DNA of 64,000 bases from Octopus sinensis (taxonomy: Eukaryota), in NCBI RefSeq assembly GCF_006345805.1, contig NC_043014.1, positions 14,880,001-14,944,000 of the forward strand, written 5' to 3'. Within the stretch, counting starts at the first letter, position 1; the number at the start of each line of letters is the position of its first letter. Below the pieces are notes generated by a model. The model was not told the DNA's origin and did no database searches. It saw only the letters and a program-made list of their open reading frames with translations. Shown here piece by piece: positions 51,993-64,000 of the stretch. Made by a program: the position numbers and the translations under genes.

Positions 51993-52984
51993 CTGCAACA
52001 GTAAATAAACATGAATTTCATTTATTTGGCCAACATTATTGATTACAATATAGGGGAAAAGACCATCAATTTTTGTGGGCGGGAAAAATCAATTAGGCGT
52101 ATACGTGGCTGTGTGGTTACGGAGCTTGCTTCTAAATCATAGGGTCTTACTGCGCGGTACCTTGGGTAAGTGTCTTCTACTATAGCCCCTATCCGACCAA
52201 AGGCTTGTGAATGGGTTTGGTAAACAGAAACTGAAAGCCCGTCATATGTGTGAGTGTGTGTTTGTGTATGTGTTTTTGTGTGTGTGTATGCGTGTCTTTG
52301 CATTTGCGTTTGTCCCCCACCGCCCCTTGACAGCCGGTGTTGGTTTGTTTACGTCCCTATAACTGGGTCGTTCAAAAAAAGAGATCAATAGAATATGTAG
52401 CAGGTTTTAAAAAATAAGTAGTAGGATCGATTTTTTGACTAAGCCATTCAAAGCGCTGCACCAGCATGGCCGACGTCCAATGACCAAAACAAGCAAAGGA
52501 TAAAAAAGTTCCCTTTTCTCCAGAACCATATTGGTACTTACTTGACCGACCTCCGGAAGATGAAAACCAAATTGACCACGGTGGGATTTGAACTCATAAT
52601 ATAAAGAGCCGTGAGTAAATACCACAAAGCATTATTTTTGCCAAGAAGGTTGTGGAATAAAACTAACTCACCCCCAATAATAAACTTTTGCTGAAAACCA
52701 CACCGGTATCTGATCCAGAGTTAAGGAAATACTTCTCAGGAGATGTGGGACTCTTCATTGCTCAGTTAAAACAAAGAAAGCTCTTTCAGATTCAGCAGTC
52801 TATAGATCATCGACGTGGAAGTGATTGCAGTCACGGTGTGCTCTGATCTAGAATAAGAAGTCGCTTCTCATTGCTTTGTTGATGGATCTCGATTATATAT
52901 CATTATATTGTGTTACGTTTTTGTTACCTCTTTTTTTGCTTCAAAAATTTATTATTGTATTTTCACTTCTCAGAGATCTCAGAG

Positions 52985-53425
52985 ATCATTACTACACATC
53001 TGATAAGGGTACAAGAAACACATGCACCACAATGGTATGTGCATGACAAGGTGATTCCATACCAAGATAAACAGTGCATCACCTCTCAGGTGAGGCCCAG
53101 TTAGAATTTCTTCAGGCTGAGTTGCCCATCCCGCTCAAAAGGTTACTGAAAAAGTTCTGTTTAAGGATGACAAACGAAATACCCATGTTTCTAGAAGTGA
53201 ATTACTCTAGCTCCAAACACATGGCTATGGTGCTTCCCCACTACTCCTGATCGTGATCAGAGATGCACATACCGTCAGTCACGAAGAGACATGCTCAACT
53301 GCAAATCTGTGGTATTGAGCAGAATATTTACTGTAGCCCATCTTTCATATCAAGGAGAAACATGTATAAGTTAATACTTCCAATCAGTTAAGATCAGAAG
53401 TCATGAGAACCACTACCTGTTATTG
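52985..53425 (-). mobile_element. Retroelement fragment, family copy 2 (in the RGK intron)
   Basis: Aligns by eye with 17380-17754 (ctgataagggt...cccagttagaat...gaatattt.ctgtagccca). Confidence 0.6.
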
Positions 53426-53434
53426 CACCAGGGC

Positions 53435-53499
<65 letters not shown>

Positions 53500-54264
53500 G
53501 AGCTGGCAGAATCGTTGCTCCACCGTACAAAATGCTATGCTTTACGGATATTCCTTCCGGTTCTTAATTTTCAAAGTTCAAATTCTGCTGAGGTTTGCTT
53601 TGTCCTTCATCCTTTCGGAATCGAGTACTGGGAGTCGAAGTAATCAACTTGACCCCTTTCCTCAAAATTGCTGGCCATGCGCTAAAATCAGAAAAGTAGC
53701 GTTTAGACGTGCTTTTCTTCGCTCCAAGACTCGACTTGTTTTAAGCATTCCTTTGAAGTACATGCCAATAGCGATTTTTTCTTATTTGTGGATGTTTCCC
53801 TCTGATATCCAAGGCGAGAGTGAGAACAAAAATAGTAAAAAAGATTGGGCCGGTATCTAGTCATACTGAAGCTGGAGATGGGCTTTTTGTGGGTACATTG
53901 GTGATTGATCATGGAGGCGCAATGGCCCAGTGGTTAGGGCAGCGGACTCGCGGTCGTAGGATCGCGGTTTCGATTCCCAGACCGGGCGTTGTGAGTGTTT
54001 ATTGAGCGAAAACACCTAAAGCTCCACGAGGCTCCAGCAGGGATGGTGGTGATCTCTGCTGTACTCGTCGTCGTAACTGACGGAGTGCTTCCTAGACGTG
54101 ATTGATCAGGTCAAACTACAGCCGGAATGTTCTCTGGTAGAGTGAAGAGGGAATCGTGGTGGCAGTTTCGAATTTGGCGGTGCTGGTTTTCCTAACTGGT
54201 CTGATACAGAGGCGGGGTGAGGGTGAAATAGGAATTAATAATATAGCGAAATTCATTTAATTAC

Positions 54265-54448
54265 CTTCAGTGGTAATGACGCGGTTTCTCACCAAGTCGA
54301 CTTTATTGGCTACCAGAACCACTAGGCAGTTGTGTACATCCTCTTTCCGGAAACGATATAGAAAATCAACGGCGTCGTTGAAACTCTGTTTGTCGTCAAT
54401 GCCGAAAACTAAGACGTAGGCATCATAATCTACACCACTTGGTAAAGA
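54265..54448 (-). CDS. Internal coding exon of an RGK-family (Rad/Gem/Rem-like) small GTPase
   Basis: Acceptor ttatatcttgcAG at 54450-54449 and donor G|GTAAT at 54264. The 184-nt exon reads SLPSGVDYDAYVLVFGIDDKQSFNDAVDFLYRFRKEDVHNCLVVLVANKVDLVRNRVITTE+G, with G4 NKxD and the RGK-typical DLVRxR. It splices in phase to 51992. Confidence 0.9.
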
Positions 54449-55050
54449 CTGCAAGATATAAGATATATAAATATTGAGTGAATGGGAATACAAGGAGACA
54501 AAAAGACAAATTGATATAAACATGGATATACGCAAATACACATGACGAAAGCCATGTGAGCGGATTTGGTAGACGGAAGCCCGTCGTGTGTATACATACA
54601 TACGTGCATACATACATACATACATACATACATACATACATACATACATACATACATACATACATACATGCTGAAGATGCTGAAACCCCCTTCGGTCATG
54701 CCTGACCATGGGATTGCACCTAGAAAGTTACCCTCTCAGGCACAAGTCCGGGCAAGGTTGTTTATGGAAGACTAGCAGTCACCCATGCATACCAGCCTCC
54801 CCTCTTCATGTCACCGATGTTATCCAAGGGAAAAGTAAAGGGGCTGATACAGCTTGGCAACTGTGACATCGCAACTCATTTCTACAACTGAGTGAACTGG
54901 AGCAACGCGAAATAAAATGTCTTGCTCAAGAACACAACACGCAGCCCGGTCCGGGATTCGAACTCACAACCTCACAATCGTAAGCTCGACGCTCTAACCA
55001 CTGAGCCATGTGCCTTCATACAAACATACATACATACATACATACATACA

Positions 55051-55086
<36 letters not shown>

Positions 55087-55227
55087 TACACACACACATA
55101 TGTTTTTGTGTCTGTCCTCCCACCAACCGATGTTGGTATTTTTATGTCTCGTAACTTAGCAGTTCGGCACAAGTGGCCGACAAAATAAGTACTAGACTTA
55201 CAAAGAATAGGTTCAGGGGTCGATTTC

Positions 55228-55302
<75 letters not shown>

Positions 55303-56066
55303 GTGTGTGTGCGTGCGTGTGTGTATGATGTGTGTGTGTATTCAGCCATATCTAGAAAGGGACAAAGTAGAGAGCGGAACAGGAAGAAATAAGAGCGGTA
55401 GAGGAAAAGATGGGAGGTACGGACGAAGTAATACTCAACTCAACACGTCTTCAAGCGTTTCTCTGTATCAGCAGTTATTTTAGAACGGGCATCGCTTAAT
55501 GTTTCGCCGAACTAAGAAGAACATTCCTGATCTCATTGTTCGTGATTGCTTCTGAATACTAGGGCTGATTACCATTGGACGAAAAGAAAGGTTTGTTGCT
55601 ATTGGTTGGTTAAGGACATATGGTGAACTTATTAGCTGTGAACTGAGAGTGGCTACTGTTGGCTGTTGAACACAATTTAACAAGGCTGCTACTATCTTTG
55701 AGCGGGTTGGCAACTAATGGACGCAGTGAAGTAATTTTTCTAGCTCTTTCTCAGGATCCTGGAATTAAGTATTATGTAAGTTTCACTTCTGTCGGTATGT
55801 AACCTATCTTTGCGTACACACACACACACGCGCATGTATACATACATATATATCGATAAATAAATATATATATATTTCCCACAAGAACTTTTTTTACAGA
55901 AAACTCTTGCTGACTTGCAAAAAGCCACCCCAGAGACGATGTTTTGACACGCACACACTCTTAACTCAATCTCTTGCTCGATTCGTTTCATCATCTTTTT
56001 CACAACAACCACAAACCGGATGTGTCTATGCACCTTCGAGAATTGAGAACAGTCGCCATATTTCAT

Positions 56067-56174
56067 TCCATAACGACTATATCTGATGAGTGCAGAGTCA
56101 CATAATCGGACTGTTACCTAACACTCCGTTGAACCCCTAGTGCGAAACCGATAGGTAAGATCAGTCGTAATGGA
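56067..56174 (+). ncRNA. Type I hammerhead ribozyme, intact core, GUA site, antisense to the presumed RGK intron
   Basis: CUGAUGA at 56083-56089, GUGC/GUGC stem II with two GU pairs, GAAA at 56144, ACC-GAUA-GGU stem III, A17 at 56157, long stem I (UCCAU/AUGGA, ACGACU/AGUCGU). Confidence 0.7.
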
Positions 56175-56740
56175 TACATAATACTGCACACTTCAATTAA
56201 CACACACGCACACATACATGCATATACATATACATATATATATATACATATATAAATTGCACATTAATCCAAAGAAGTGGAGAAATACAACAAACAAGGT
56301 TGAAAATGTACAGAGAATATTTAAGAATTAATTAGAATTTAATTATATTTTAAAACAAAGGAATAAACTTTACCGGTTTCACATTAGTGTATTGTATATG
56401 GAGCTGTGTCGCGAAATATGTCCATTTTGGCCATTGTTATAATATGCATTTACACATTCATACATGCATGCATATATACGCATACACACTCACAAATACA
56501 CACACATATAAATATATATATATATATTGATATATCAGATGCAGCACGGATTTTTGTCAGTGAATAGGTCGCGGTCTTAAAGCGACGAAAATATTTTGAC
56601 AAATTAAACTTAAATGTTGAAGTGAATCTAACGGTTTTTGTGTGTTTTCTTAAATGGCTTACAACACCTTCCACGCTGCAATTGTTTTCGTTCAGCACAC
56701 GATCTCAGATCAAATCACTTGCTATGCAGGTACATCTCCG

Positions 56741-56800
<60 letters not shown>

Positions 56801-56885
56801 GTATGTATACATACATATATACACATACATATATACATACACACACATATATATACATACACGCACACATACACACACACGCATC

Positions 56886-56939
<54 letters not shown>

Positions 56940-57912
56940 TTTATATATATATATATTACACACACATATATACATACATAACAACACGCCCACACACACT
57001 CACACGCGCGCGTGTACAGATACACATAAAGCAGAAAACGCAATAACGTTTGGAGTCATGTTATTCACCAACCTCTTAACGTGGTTATCTTTTAAGCTGT
57101 TTATACCCAATTCCCTGCATATACATGTGTGAGTGTGTGTGAGTGTGTGTGTGGTGTGTGTGTTGTGTGGTGTGTGTGTTTGTGTGTGTGTGTGTGTGTG
57201 TGTTTGTATGTATATCTATCCAAGTGTGTATTTATATGTGCATGTATATATAAATCTATAGGTATGGTCTGTGTACGCGCAGATGTATATACGGGTGTAT
57301 GTCCGCGTATAACAGCAACAATGGATACGTTTTCTTTCTGTTCACTAATTAACAAAAAGAATAAACACACAAGCAAACAATCAAGCAAATAAATAAATAA
57401 ATAAATAAATGGCTTCGTATTATATCATATTCAATTATAATGTTTTCGGAGACATTTTCATACGGAATCTTATTAGCGAATTAATTTTGAAAAATAACCA
57501 AACGTCTATTAAATAAATACATTGTGTTCTGTTTTAGGTTTTAATTAGAATTAGTTAGTGTTTAGAAATATGGCAGGATTTCATATATTTGATTTGGTTT
57601 ATTTTCAATAATGTTTAATGTAACTGTGATATTGAAATCAAGTATGTTGAAATTCCATTTAAAAGCCGTCAAAGGAAGAGTGCTGCTAGATATGGAATAA
57701 AGTGTTTGAATGTAACAGAACAGACTTAAATTAAGATATCTGATGTTTGTGAATTTTTGTGAAGAGTGGAATTTTAGCTTTATTTACTTCACAATGGAGA
57801 AATGAAAGAGTTTCATTTCTTGTTATTTCAGATGTAAGACATAGGCGCGCGCACACACAATGCACACATACATATAAAACACACGCGCATATAGATATAA
57901 TATACTATATAG

Positions 57913-57953
<41 letters not shown>

Positions 57954-58349
57954 TATATAATATATATTTTATATTATATTAAATTAGAGATAAAACCAAC
58001 CACTATTAGGCCAAATCATACAATGAAAAACTTAAGCCAATACATAAGATTAATTAATTTAATATTATTTTAAATATATATCAAAATTCTTAAAATTCGT
58101 AAAAATATATATATATACATATATATACACACACGAGCTCAGACACACATTAATATATATAGATAATTATATACAAAAATTTATACATAAATGAAGATAT
58201 ATCCACACGTATACATACGTACACACACACACACACACATGTATATACATATACATACACATACATGCATACATACATACATACATATATATATATACAG
58301 GGGTATATATAAATACACACGCAATCACACACACGCATATACACGCACG

Positions 58350-58385
<36 letters not shown>

Positions 58386-58389
58386 CATA

Positions 58390-58426
<37 letters not shown>

Positions 58427-59094
58427 ATAAATATACAGGGGTATACATAAAACACACGCGAGCGTCACACACATTCATATAAATAGATAATTATATACAA
58501 AAATTGATACATATATGAAGATATATTCACACGTATACGTACGTACACATATATGCATATATGTATATATATTAAATATATATTATGTGTGTGTATAAGT
58601 ATATGAGTATATGTGTATGTATGTTCGTATCTATATATATGTATGTATATTTATGTATGTAGGTAGGTCGGTAAGGTGAGTAGGTTTGTAGATAGGTAGG
58701 TATGTAGTTAGGTAGGTAGGTAGTAGGTAGGTAGGTAGGTAGGTAGGTTGGTAGGTAGGTAGGTAGGTAGGTAGGTTGGTAGGTAGGTATCCACACGCAC
58801 ATGCATATATTTTGCAAAGTCACTTTCACCTTGCATTTCCATTAGCAAAACACTTAGGTTTTATGTCTGTATTGAGTTCTTTGTTGGTTTATGTTATCTA
58901 GGGACTTTTATGTTTAGTGAATTTAAGTCTTCTAAATACACTCTTCATGGATACACACATAGACACACACACATACTGGTATGACTTCGTAGTCAAAATA
59001 TACGTACATATACACGAGTGTTTTTGTACGTATATGATTTGCTCTGTATATGTAATTTTATACTAGAAGGCAAAGAGTAATCAGCAATGATCAT

Positions 59095-59420
59095 GTATGT
59101 GTGTATGTATGTATGTATGTACGTATGTATGTATGTATGTATGTATGTGCGTATGTATGTACGTGTGTGTGTGTATGTATGTATGTATGTATGTATTTAT
59201 GTATGTATGTATGTGTGTATGTATCTATGTATGCATGTATGCATGCATGTATGTATGTATGCATGCATGTATGCATGTATGTATGCATGTATGTATGTAT
59301 GTATGTATGTATGTATGTATGTGTGTATGTATGTATGTGTGTGTGCGTATGTATTATGTGTGTATGTATGTGTGTGTGTATGTATGTATGAATGTGTGTA
59401 TGTATGTACGTGTGTGTGAT
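59095..59420. repeat. (TATG)n-rich microsatellite
   Basis: Direct reading. Similar tracts occur at 40150-40240, 54590-54670 and 63315-63435. Confidence 0.95.
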
Positions 59421-59444
59421 ACACGCACTCACATATTCTTTTCT

Positions 59445-59823
59445 TTTATTTGTTTCCGTCATTTGACTGTGGCCTTGCTGGAACACCGCCCTTAGTCGAA
59501 CAAATCGACCCCAGGACTATTTTATCGGTCTCTTCTGCCTAACCGCTAAATTATGAGGACGTAAACGCACCAACATCGGTTGTCAAGCGATGGTGGGGGG
59601 GGGCACAAACACAGACACACAAATATATACATACATATACATACATATACATATACGACGGGCTTCTTTCAGTTTCCGTCTACCAAATCCACTCACAAGG
59701 CTTTGGTCAGCCCGAGGCTAGAGAAGAAGACACTTGCCCAAGGTACCACGCATTAGGACTTAACCTGGACCCACATGGTTGGTAAGCAAGCTACTTACCA
59801 TACAGCCACTCCTGCGCCTATAA
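59445..59823 (-). mobile_element. SINE family C, full-length copy
   Basis: Colinear reverse complement of the family C consensus seen at 6147 and 30785. Confidence 0.8.
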
Positions 59824-60471
59824 GCATCTCCTTGCGCCTGTGAGCCACTCCAGCGCCTATGATCCACTCCTACGCCTATGACCCACTATGTCTGGTTTTA
59901 CCAACAAGGAAACGAAATTGCTGAATGTGGAAACACTGTGTAGATATTTGAATGCAATTAAAATTTTCGCGTTTATTACTTATCGCCTTACACATAAGAC
60001 ATGGCAACGTTCATAGAATGCACATCACCACTCCTAGAATTTCTTTTACGTCTTTTTTATGAGAGAAACAGAGAGAGAAACAGAGAAACAGGGTCAGGTG
60101 AGGACAATCCCAACTGCTCCAATACTTTACGAAGACAATTAAAGTGAATGAATTGACAAATTGTTGTTTGAATTGATCTTAATGCCAAGCTGGTTGCCAA
60201 ACTCAATACACAAATATATCACATTCGGACAGCATATTTCTGTCGCTAACCGCAAGAAATATAAAATCTGAAAGCACTCTAGTAAAGTTTCTGGAAAATT
60301 TTCTTTCGTAAAATGTGTCGCTGGGGAGGGTTTTTTTTTCCTCGAAGCCGTCGGGGTGAAACCGGATTCTGCAGTTAACAGTAATAAAATTTTAAGTGGA
60401 TTTAAGAGATTCCGCTTTCCCTGTTCAAAGGGTTAAGATTATGAAACAAGGATTATGACAAATAACTCTGT

Positions 60472-60474
60472 TGA

Positions 60475-60513
<39 letters not shown>

Positions 60514-60815
60514 GGAGGAAGGAAGGAAGGAAGGAAGGAAGAAGGAAAGGAAGGAAAAAGGGAAAACAGAAGGAAAAAGGAAGGAAGGAAAAAAAGAAAG
60601 GAAAAAGAATGAAAAAAGAAAGGAAAAAGAAAGGAAAAAAGAAAGGAAAAAGGAAGGAAAAAGGAAAAAAGAAAGAAAAAAGAAAGGAAAAAAGAAAGAT
60701 AGAAGGAACGAGAAAGAAGGAAAGAAAGAATAGACAACATCAAGAAAAAAACGAAAAAAACAATAAACAAAAGAAAATATAAAGAAGTACAAAGAAAATG
60801 AAAGAAAAATTAAAA
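60472..60815. repeat. Polypurine (GAAA/GGAA)n tract
   Basis: Direct reading. The complementary CT-rich tract type occurs at 12888-12999. Confidence 0.9.
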
Positions 60816-61847
60816 GAATGAAACGCGTCCGTCCTACGATCGAATGACGTCACTGAAGAAAACCGTGTTTGTACACAAGTCGAGGTGAAGAATCTTTTCC
60901 GAGTACTATTCTTGCAGCAAGAGGTCTTAGCACGACCTATTGCAATCGAACTTGTTAAACATGACTGCTAAATAGTTGTTAATTAGATTTATCAGCAGAA
61001 ATGTGGCTGTAAGTTTAAAGATTGCCGCAGACTGAATTTGATTTGTGTAAAGGAAATGTTCCATTTCCCCTCGGTCCGACATTAAACTGCTTTCTTTCTT
61101 TTCTGTCTGCTTTGGCGGGTTTAAAATATATTTATTCAGACAGGCGCTATTTCCATTTTATTGCCATGACTTTATTTCCGAATTCGCTTTTCATAATATA
61201 TGTGGGGTGGGGAAGGCGTGTAGCCTAGTTACAGAGTTACACTCACGCTCGCAAGATCGTGGTTTCGATTCCTAGACTGGGCGATGCGTTGTGTTCTTGA
61301 GCAAAACACTTCATTTTACTATTTCTTTACTACCCACAAGGGGCTAAACACAGAGGGGAAAAACGGATTAAGTCGATTATATTGACCCCAGTGCGTAACT
61401 GGTACTTATTTAATCGACCCCGAAAGGATGAAAGGCAAAGTCGACCTCGGCGGAATTTGAACTCAGAACGTAACCGCAGATGAAATACTGCTAAGCATTT
61501 CGCCCGGTGTACTAACGATTCCACCAGCTCGCCGCCTTAACACTTCATTTTATGTTGCTCCAGGCCACTCAGCAATAAACTGGCAATGCTGGTCTGCCTA
61601 CCAGGCCAGCCGGGTGACAGCATTCGAAAACTACAACAATGCGAAGAAGTGCACTTTGACCAGAGAGTGTACAAGAACATCCGGTAGTCTGGTCGAAAGA
61701 GTGATATATACATATCACTCTACATGTGGTGTAGACAACAAGCAGATGTATTAGTATAACGCTCGGGAAGTGAAAAAGTCTTTAACGTTTCCAGCCTTAC
61801 CTCTTCCACAGAAAGGAACACAGAAAGAAACAAGGTGAGAAAATAGA

Positions 61848-61886
<39 letters not shown>

Positions 61887-62085
61887 ATCCAACATGAAAA
61901 CACACACACACACACACACACCACACCACACACACACACACCAACACACACACATTCTATATATATATAATAATTAGAAATTTAGGGTAACAAGAATATT
62001 TATCGAAAAATTCTTAGTTACCAGTGGTCTAGCGAGAAAAAATTAGTCAATAGACTATATATTATTCAGAGAATAATACAGTGTA

Positions 62086-62400
62086 CATTCAAACATAAAA
62101 GCGATACCCGAAGAATAGGTAATTAGAACCTACAGACACGTGGCTGATTTCTTATAGCTCTATGCCTTTGTGTTCAGTCTTGGCAACCTACTGAGGACGC
62201 AGCGCCAGATATAGACTGAGATTATTTTATTTCAATCTGTATTTAAGTATGGAGAAACCTTGCAGGGTCTAGGATTAAGGTAAACGTTTTCATTTTTCAA
62301 TCACTTTCGGAATTACAACAATTGGTGGCTTGGAGTTTTAACTGCTCTTTCTAGCGAGTCAGATATCCTATTCTTCGGGTATCGCTTTTATGTTTGAATA
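62086..62400. mobile_element. MITE-like element with 33-bp perfect inverted repeats flanked by TA
   Basis: ATTCAAACATAAAAGCGATACCCGAAGAATAGG at 62087-62119 and its reverse complement at 62367-62399, with TA on both sides. Confidence 0.7.
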
Positions 62401-62544
62401 TATATATATATATATATTCATTTAATTATTTATATATATACATATATATTTATATATATATATATATAATATATATATAATATTAGAAATATTAAATTTC
62501 TAAATGTCTCAAAGAGACATGAGCGGTGGTGGAGCGATAGAGTT

Positions 62545-62821
62545 GTTGTATACTGTCAACATAACGTGACAGTCCCGAAGGCTAGACAAGCATCTCAACC
62601 AGCAAGTCTCACTATCCTGGGCTGATGACGGGTTAAGACCCAGAAACATGCATGTCCTGAGGTGTGAATCCTAGCTGGTGGGGGTGCTTGCCTCCCCTTC
62701 GCAAATATAAGGACACAGGAAATGTGTCGAAGCCGACAGGAAGCGTCGATGCTTCCTAGGGCTAAACAGCGGTGAGGTAATTCCCTTACGGGACTGTCAC
62801 GTTATGTTGACAGTATACAAC
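62545..62821. mobile_element. Short element bounded by perfect 33-bp inverted repeats
   Basis: GTTGTATACTGTCAACATAACGTGACAGTCCCG at 62545-62577 and its exact reverse complement at 62789-62821. The match extends a further ~7 bp with mismatches. Confidence 0.8.
62616..62662 (+). ncRNA. Type I hammerhead, GUC site, inside a TIR-bounded element
   Basis: CCUGGG/CUGAGG stem I (one mismatch), CUGAUGA at 62622-62628, CGGG/CCCA stem II, GAAA, perfect palindrome ACAUGCAUGU, C17 at 62656. Confidence 0.7.
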
Positions 62822-62826
62822 CACTT

Positions 62827-62928
<102 letters not shown>

Positions 62929-62984
62929 ATGTATTATAACAATGGCCAGAATAGACATAATTCGCGACACAGCTCCATATACTT

Positions 62985-63023
62985 TACACTTTTGAAAATT
63001 TAATGCGAAACCGGTCAAGTGTA
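62985..63023 (+). ncRNA. Degenerate minimal hammerhead relic
   Basis: Perfect 7-bp stem I UACACUU/AAGUGUA and GAAACCGGUC with palindromic ACCGGU, but the core has decayed to UUGAAAA. Confidence 0.5.
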
Positions 63024-64000
63024 TTCCTAGAGTTCAAAATATAATCAAATTCTAAATAATTCTTGTGCATTCGCTGTGCATTTTCAACATCATTTCTTCT
63101 ATTCCTCCACTTGTTTGGATTAATAACACAAATATATATATGTGTGTGTGTGTATGTGTGTGTGTATGTATATGTATGTATATGTATATATATGTATGTA
63201 TGTATGTCTCTTCTATTTTTGGATTATTATAAACCTTCCACTGAGGAGGGGGCCCGTTTCCAACAAAGATACAAGTCTCCATCTTTGAGATGTAATGAAC
63301 TCAATTAACATGCATGTATGTATGTATGTATGTATGTTTGTATGTATGTATGTATGTTTGTATGTATGTATGTTTGTATGTATGTATGTATGTATGTATG
63401 TATGTATGTATGTATGTATGTATGTATGTATGTATGTTAATGTTTGTTTTTATGTTCAGTTATAATAAAAAGAATTTTACATTATTTTTGTACCGTACAA
63501 ATTTATTATTCTTAAACAAGAATATTATTGCTAGTGACTTCGAAGTTCCGGCCAGCTAAACCATAATTTGGTTGTATGTGAGTGATAGGCTACTGCACTT
63601 AGAAACCTAGAACTTTAAAGGGAGAAGTTCTTTGACTACGTGACATTCTATCTCTAGAGAGATAAACTAAAGATTAACACTGCAATAGTCATTGAAAAAA
63701 GTTACTAATTAGAAAAATAATTAATTTAGAATAATTATATAAATTAGTAGATTATTTTTAAAAAACACTTGTTTTCCGAGAAAATAAGAAATGTTAGATT
63801 AAGATTCTAGTTTATGTTTAATATTTATTTTCTATTTATTTTATTAATTAACCTTTGGACTCTTTTGTGAATGTCAGCTTTGGAATGTCTTGGATGCTTT
63901 ATCATCGAACCGAACCAAAACCGCCAGCATCGATTTTTAAAGCAATTTAACCAAAATACAAAGAATTTATGTGATTATATTTTGGGCAGAGGTGGAGGCA

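Noticed and set aside
54449-54709. 5' part of ORF 54257-54709 as coding sequence
   Set aside because: It consists of a SINE end and a (TATG)n tract. The real exon starts at the AG acceptor before 54448.
55755-55775. 21-nt plus-strand microexon-like segment (tttctcAG|GATCCTGGAATTAAGTATTAT|GTAAGT)
   Set aside because: The splice signals are good, but no plus-strand gene or partner exon is evident. Similar ATGTAAGT donors occur in Penelope pLTR relics (e.g. near 2950).
55380-56066. ORFs 55480-55713 and 55740-56066 as the missing RGK 5' exons
   Set aside because: No G1 (GxxxxGK[S/T]) or G3-like motif appears in the minus-strand frames I translated, and I saw none elsewhere up to 64000. The 5' exons probably lie outside the window.
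58130-58550. Approximately 325-bp imperfect tandem duplication
   Set aside because: It is embedded in AT/AC microsatellites and is ordinary local duplication with no sign of function.
59805-59890. Short direct repeats as a CRISPR-like array
   Set aside because: There are no unique spacers, the units derive from a SINE end, and the DNA is eukaryotic.
60845-60852. Full CRE palindrome TGACGTCA upstream of the RGK exons
   Set aside because: The same 8-mer occurs at 605, 1149 and 15501, at least two of them inside repeats, and the RGK transcription start is unknown.

Overview
AT-rich, microsatellite- and SINE-saturated eukaryotic genomic DNA. The repeat repertoire strongly suggests an octopus/cephalopod, which is an inference. 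Only one host gene is supportable: two spliced minus-strand exons (54448-54265 and 51992-51745) encoding the C-terminal half of an RGK-family (Rad/Gem/Rem) small GTPase. Its 5' exons were not found in the window. The rest is mobile DNA: a Penelope-like retroelement relic (RT-thumb linker plus GIY-YIG), fragments of Tx1/L1-, R4/Dong- and other RLE-type LINEs, Chapaev3-like and Tc1/IS630-like transposase relics, three tRNA-derived SINE families, an inverted pair of Helitrons, a Merlin-type foldback MITE carrying TTAGGG repeats, and several other foldbacks. The most notable hidden layer is a large set of type I hammerhead ribozyme motifs (CUGANGA...GAAA...UH, mostly with a palindromic stem III), found by hand on both strands. 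Six lie in the first 6 kb, two form a near-perfect inverted dimer at 30 kb, one sits inside a TIR-bounded element, and a CCGANGA (U4C) core variant recurs. Nearly all ORFs in the supplied track are microsatellite artefacts. Repeat boundaries are approximate, and all folds were paired manually, not computed.
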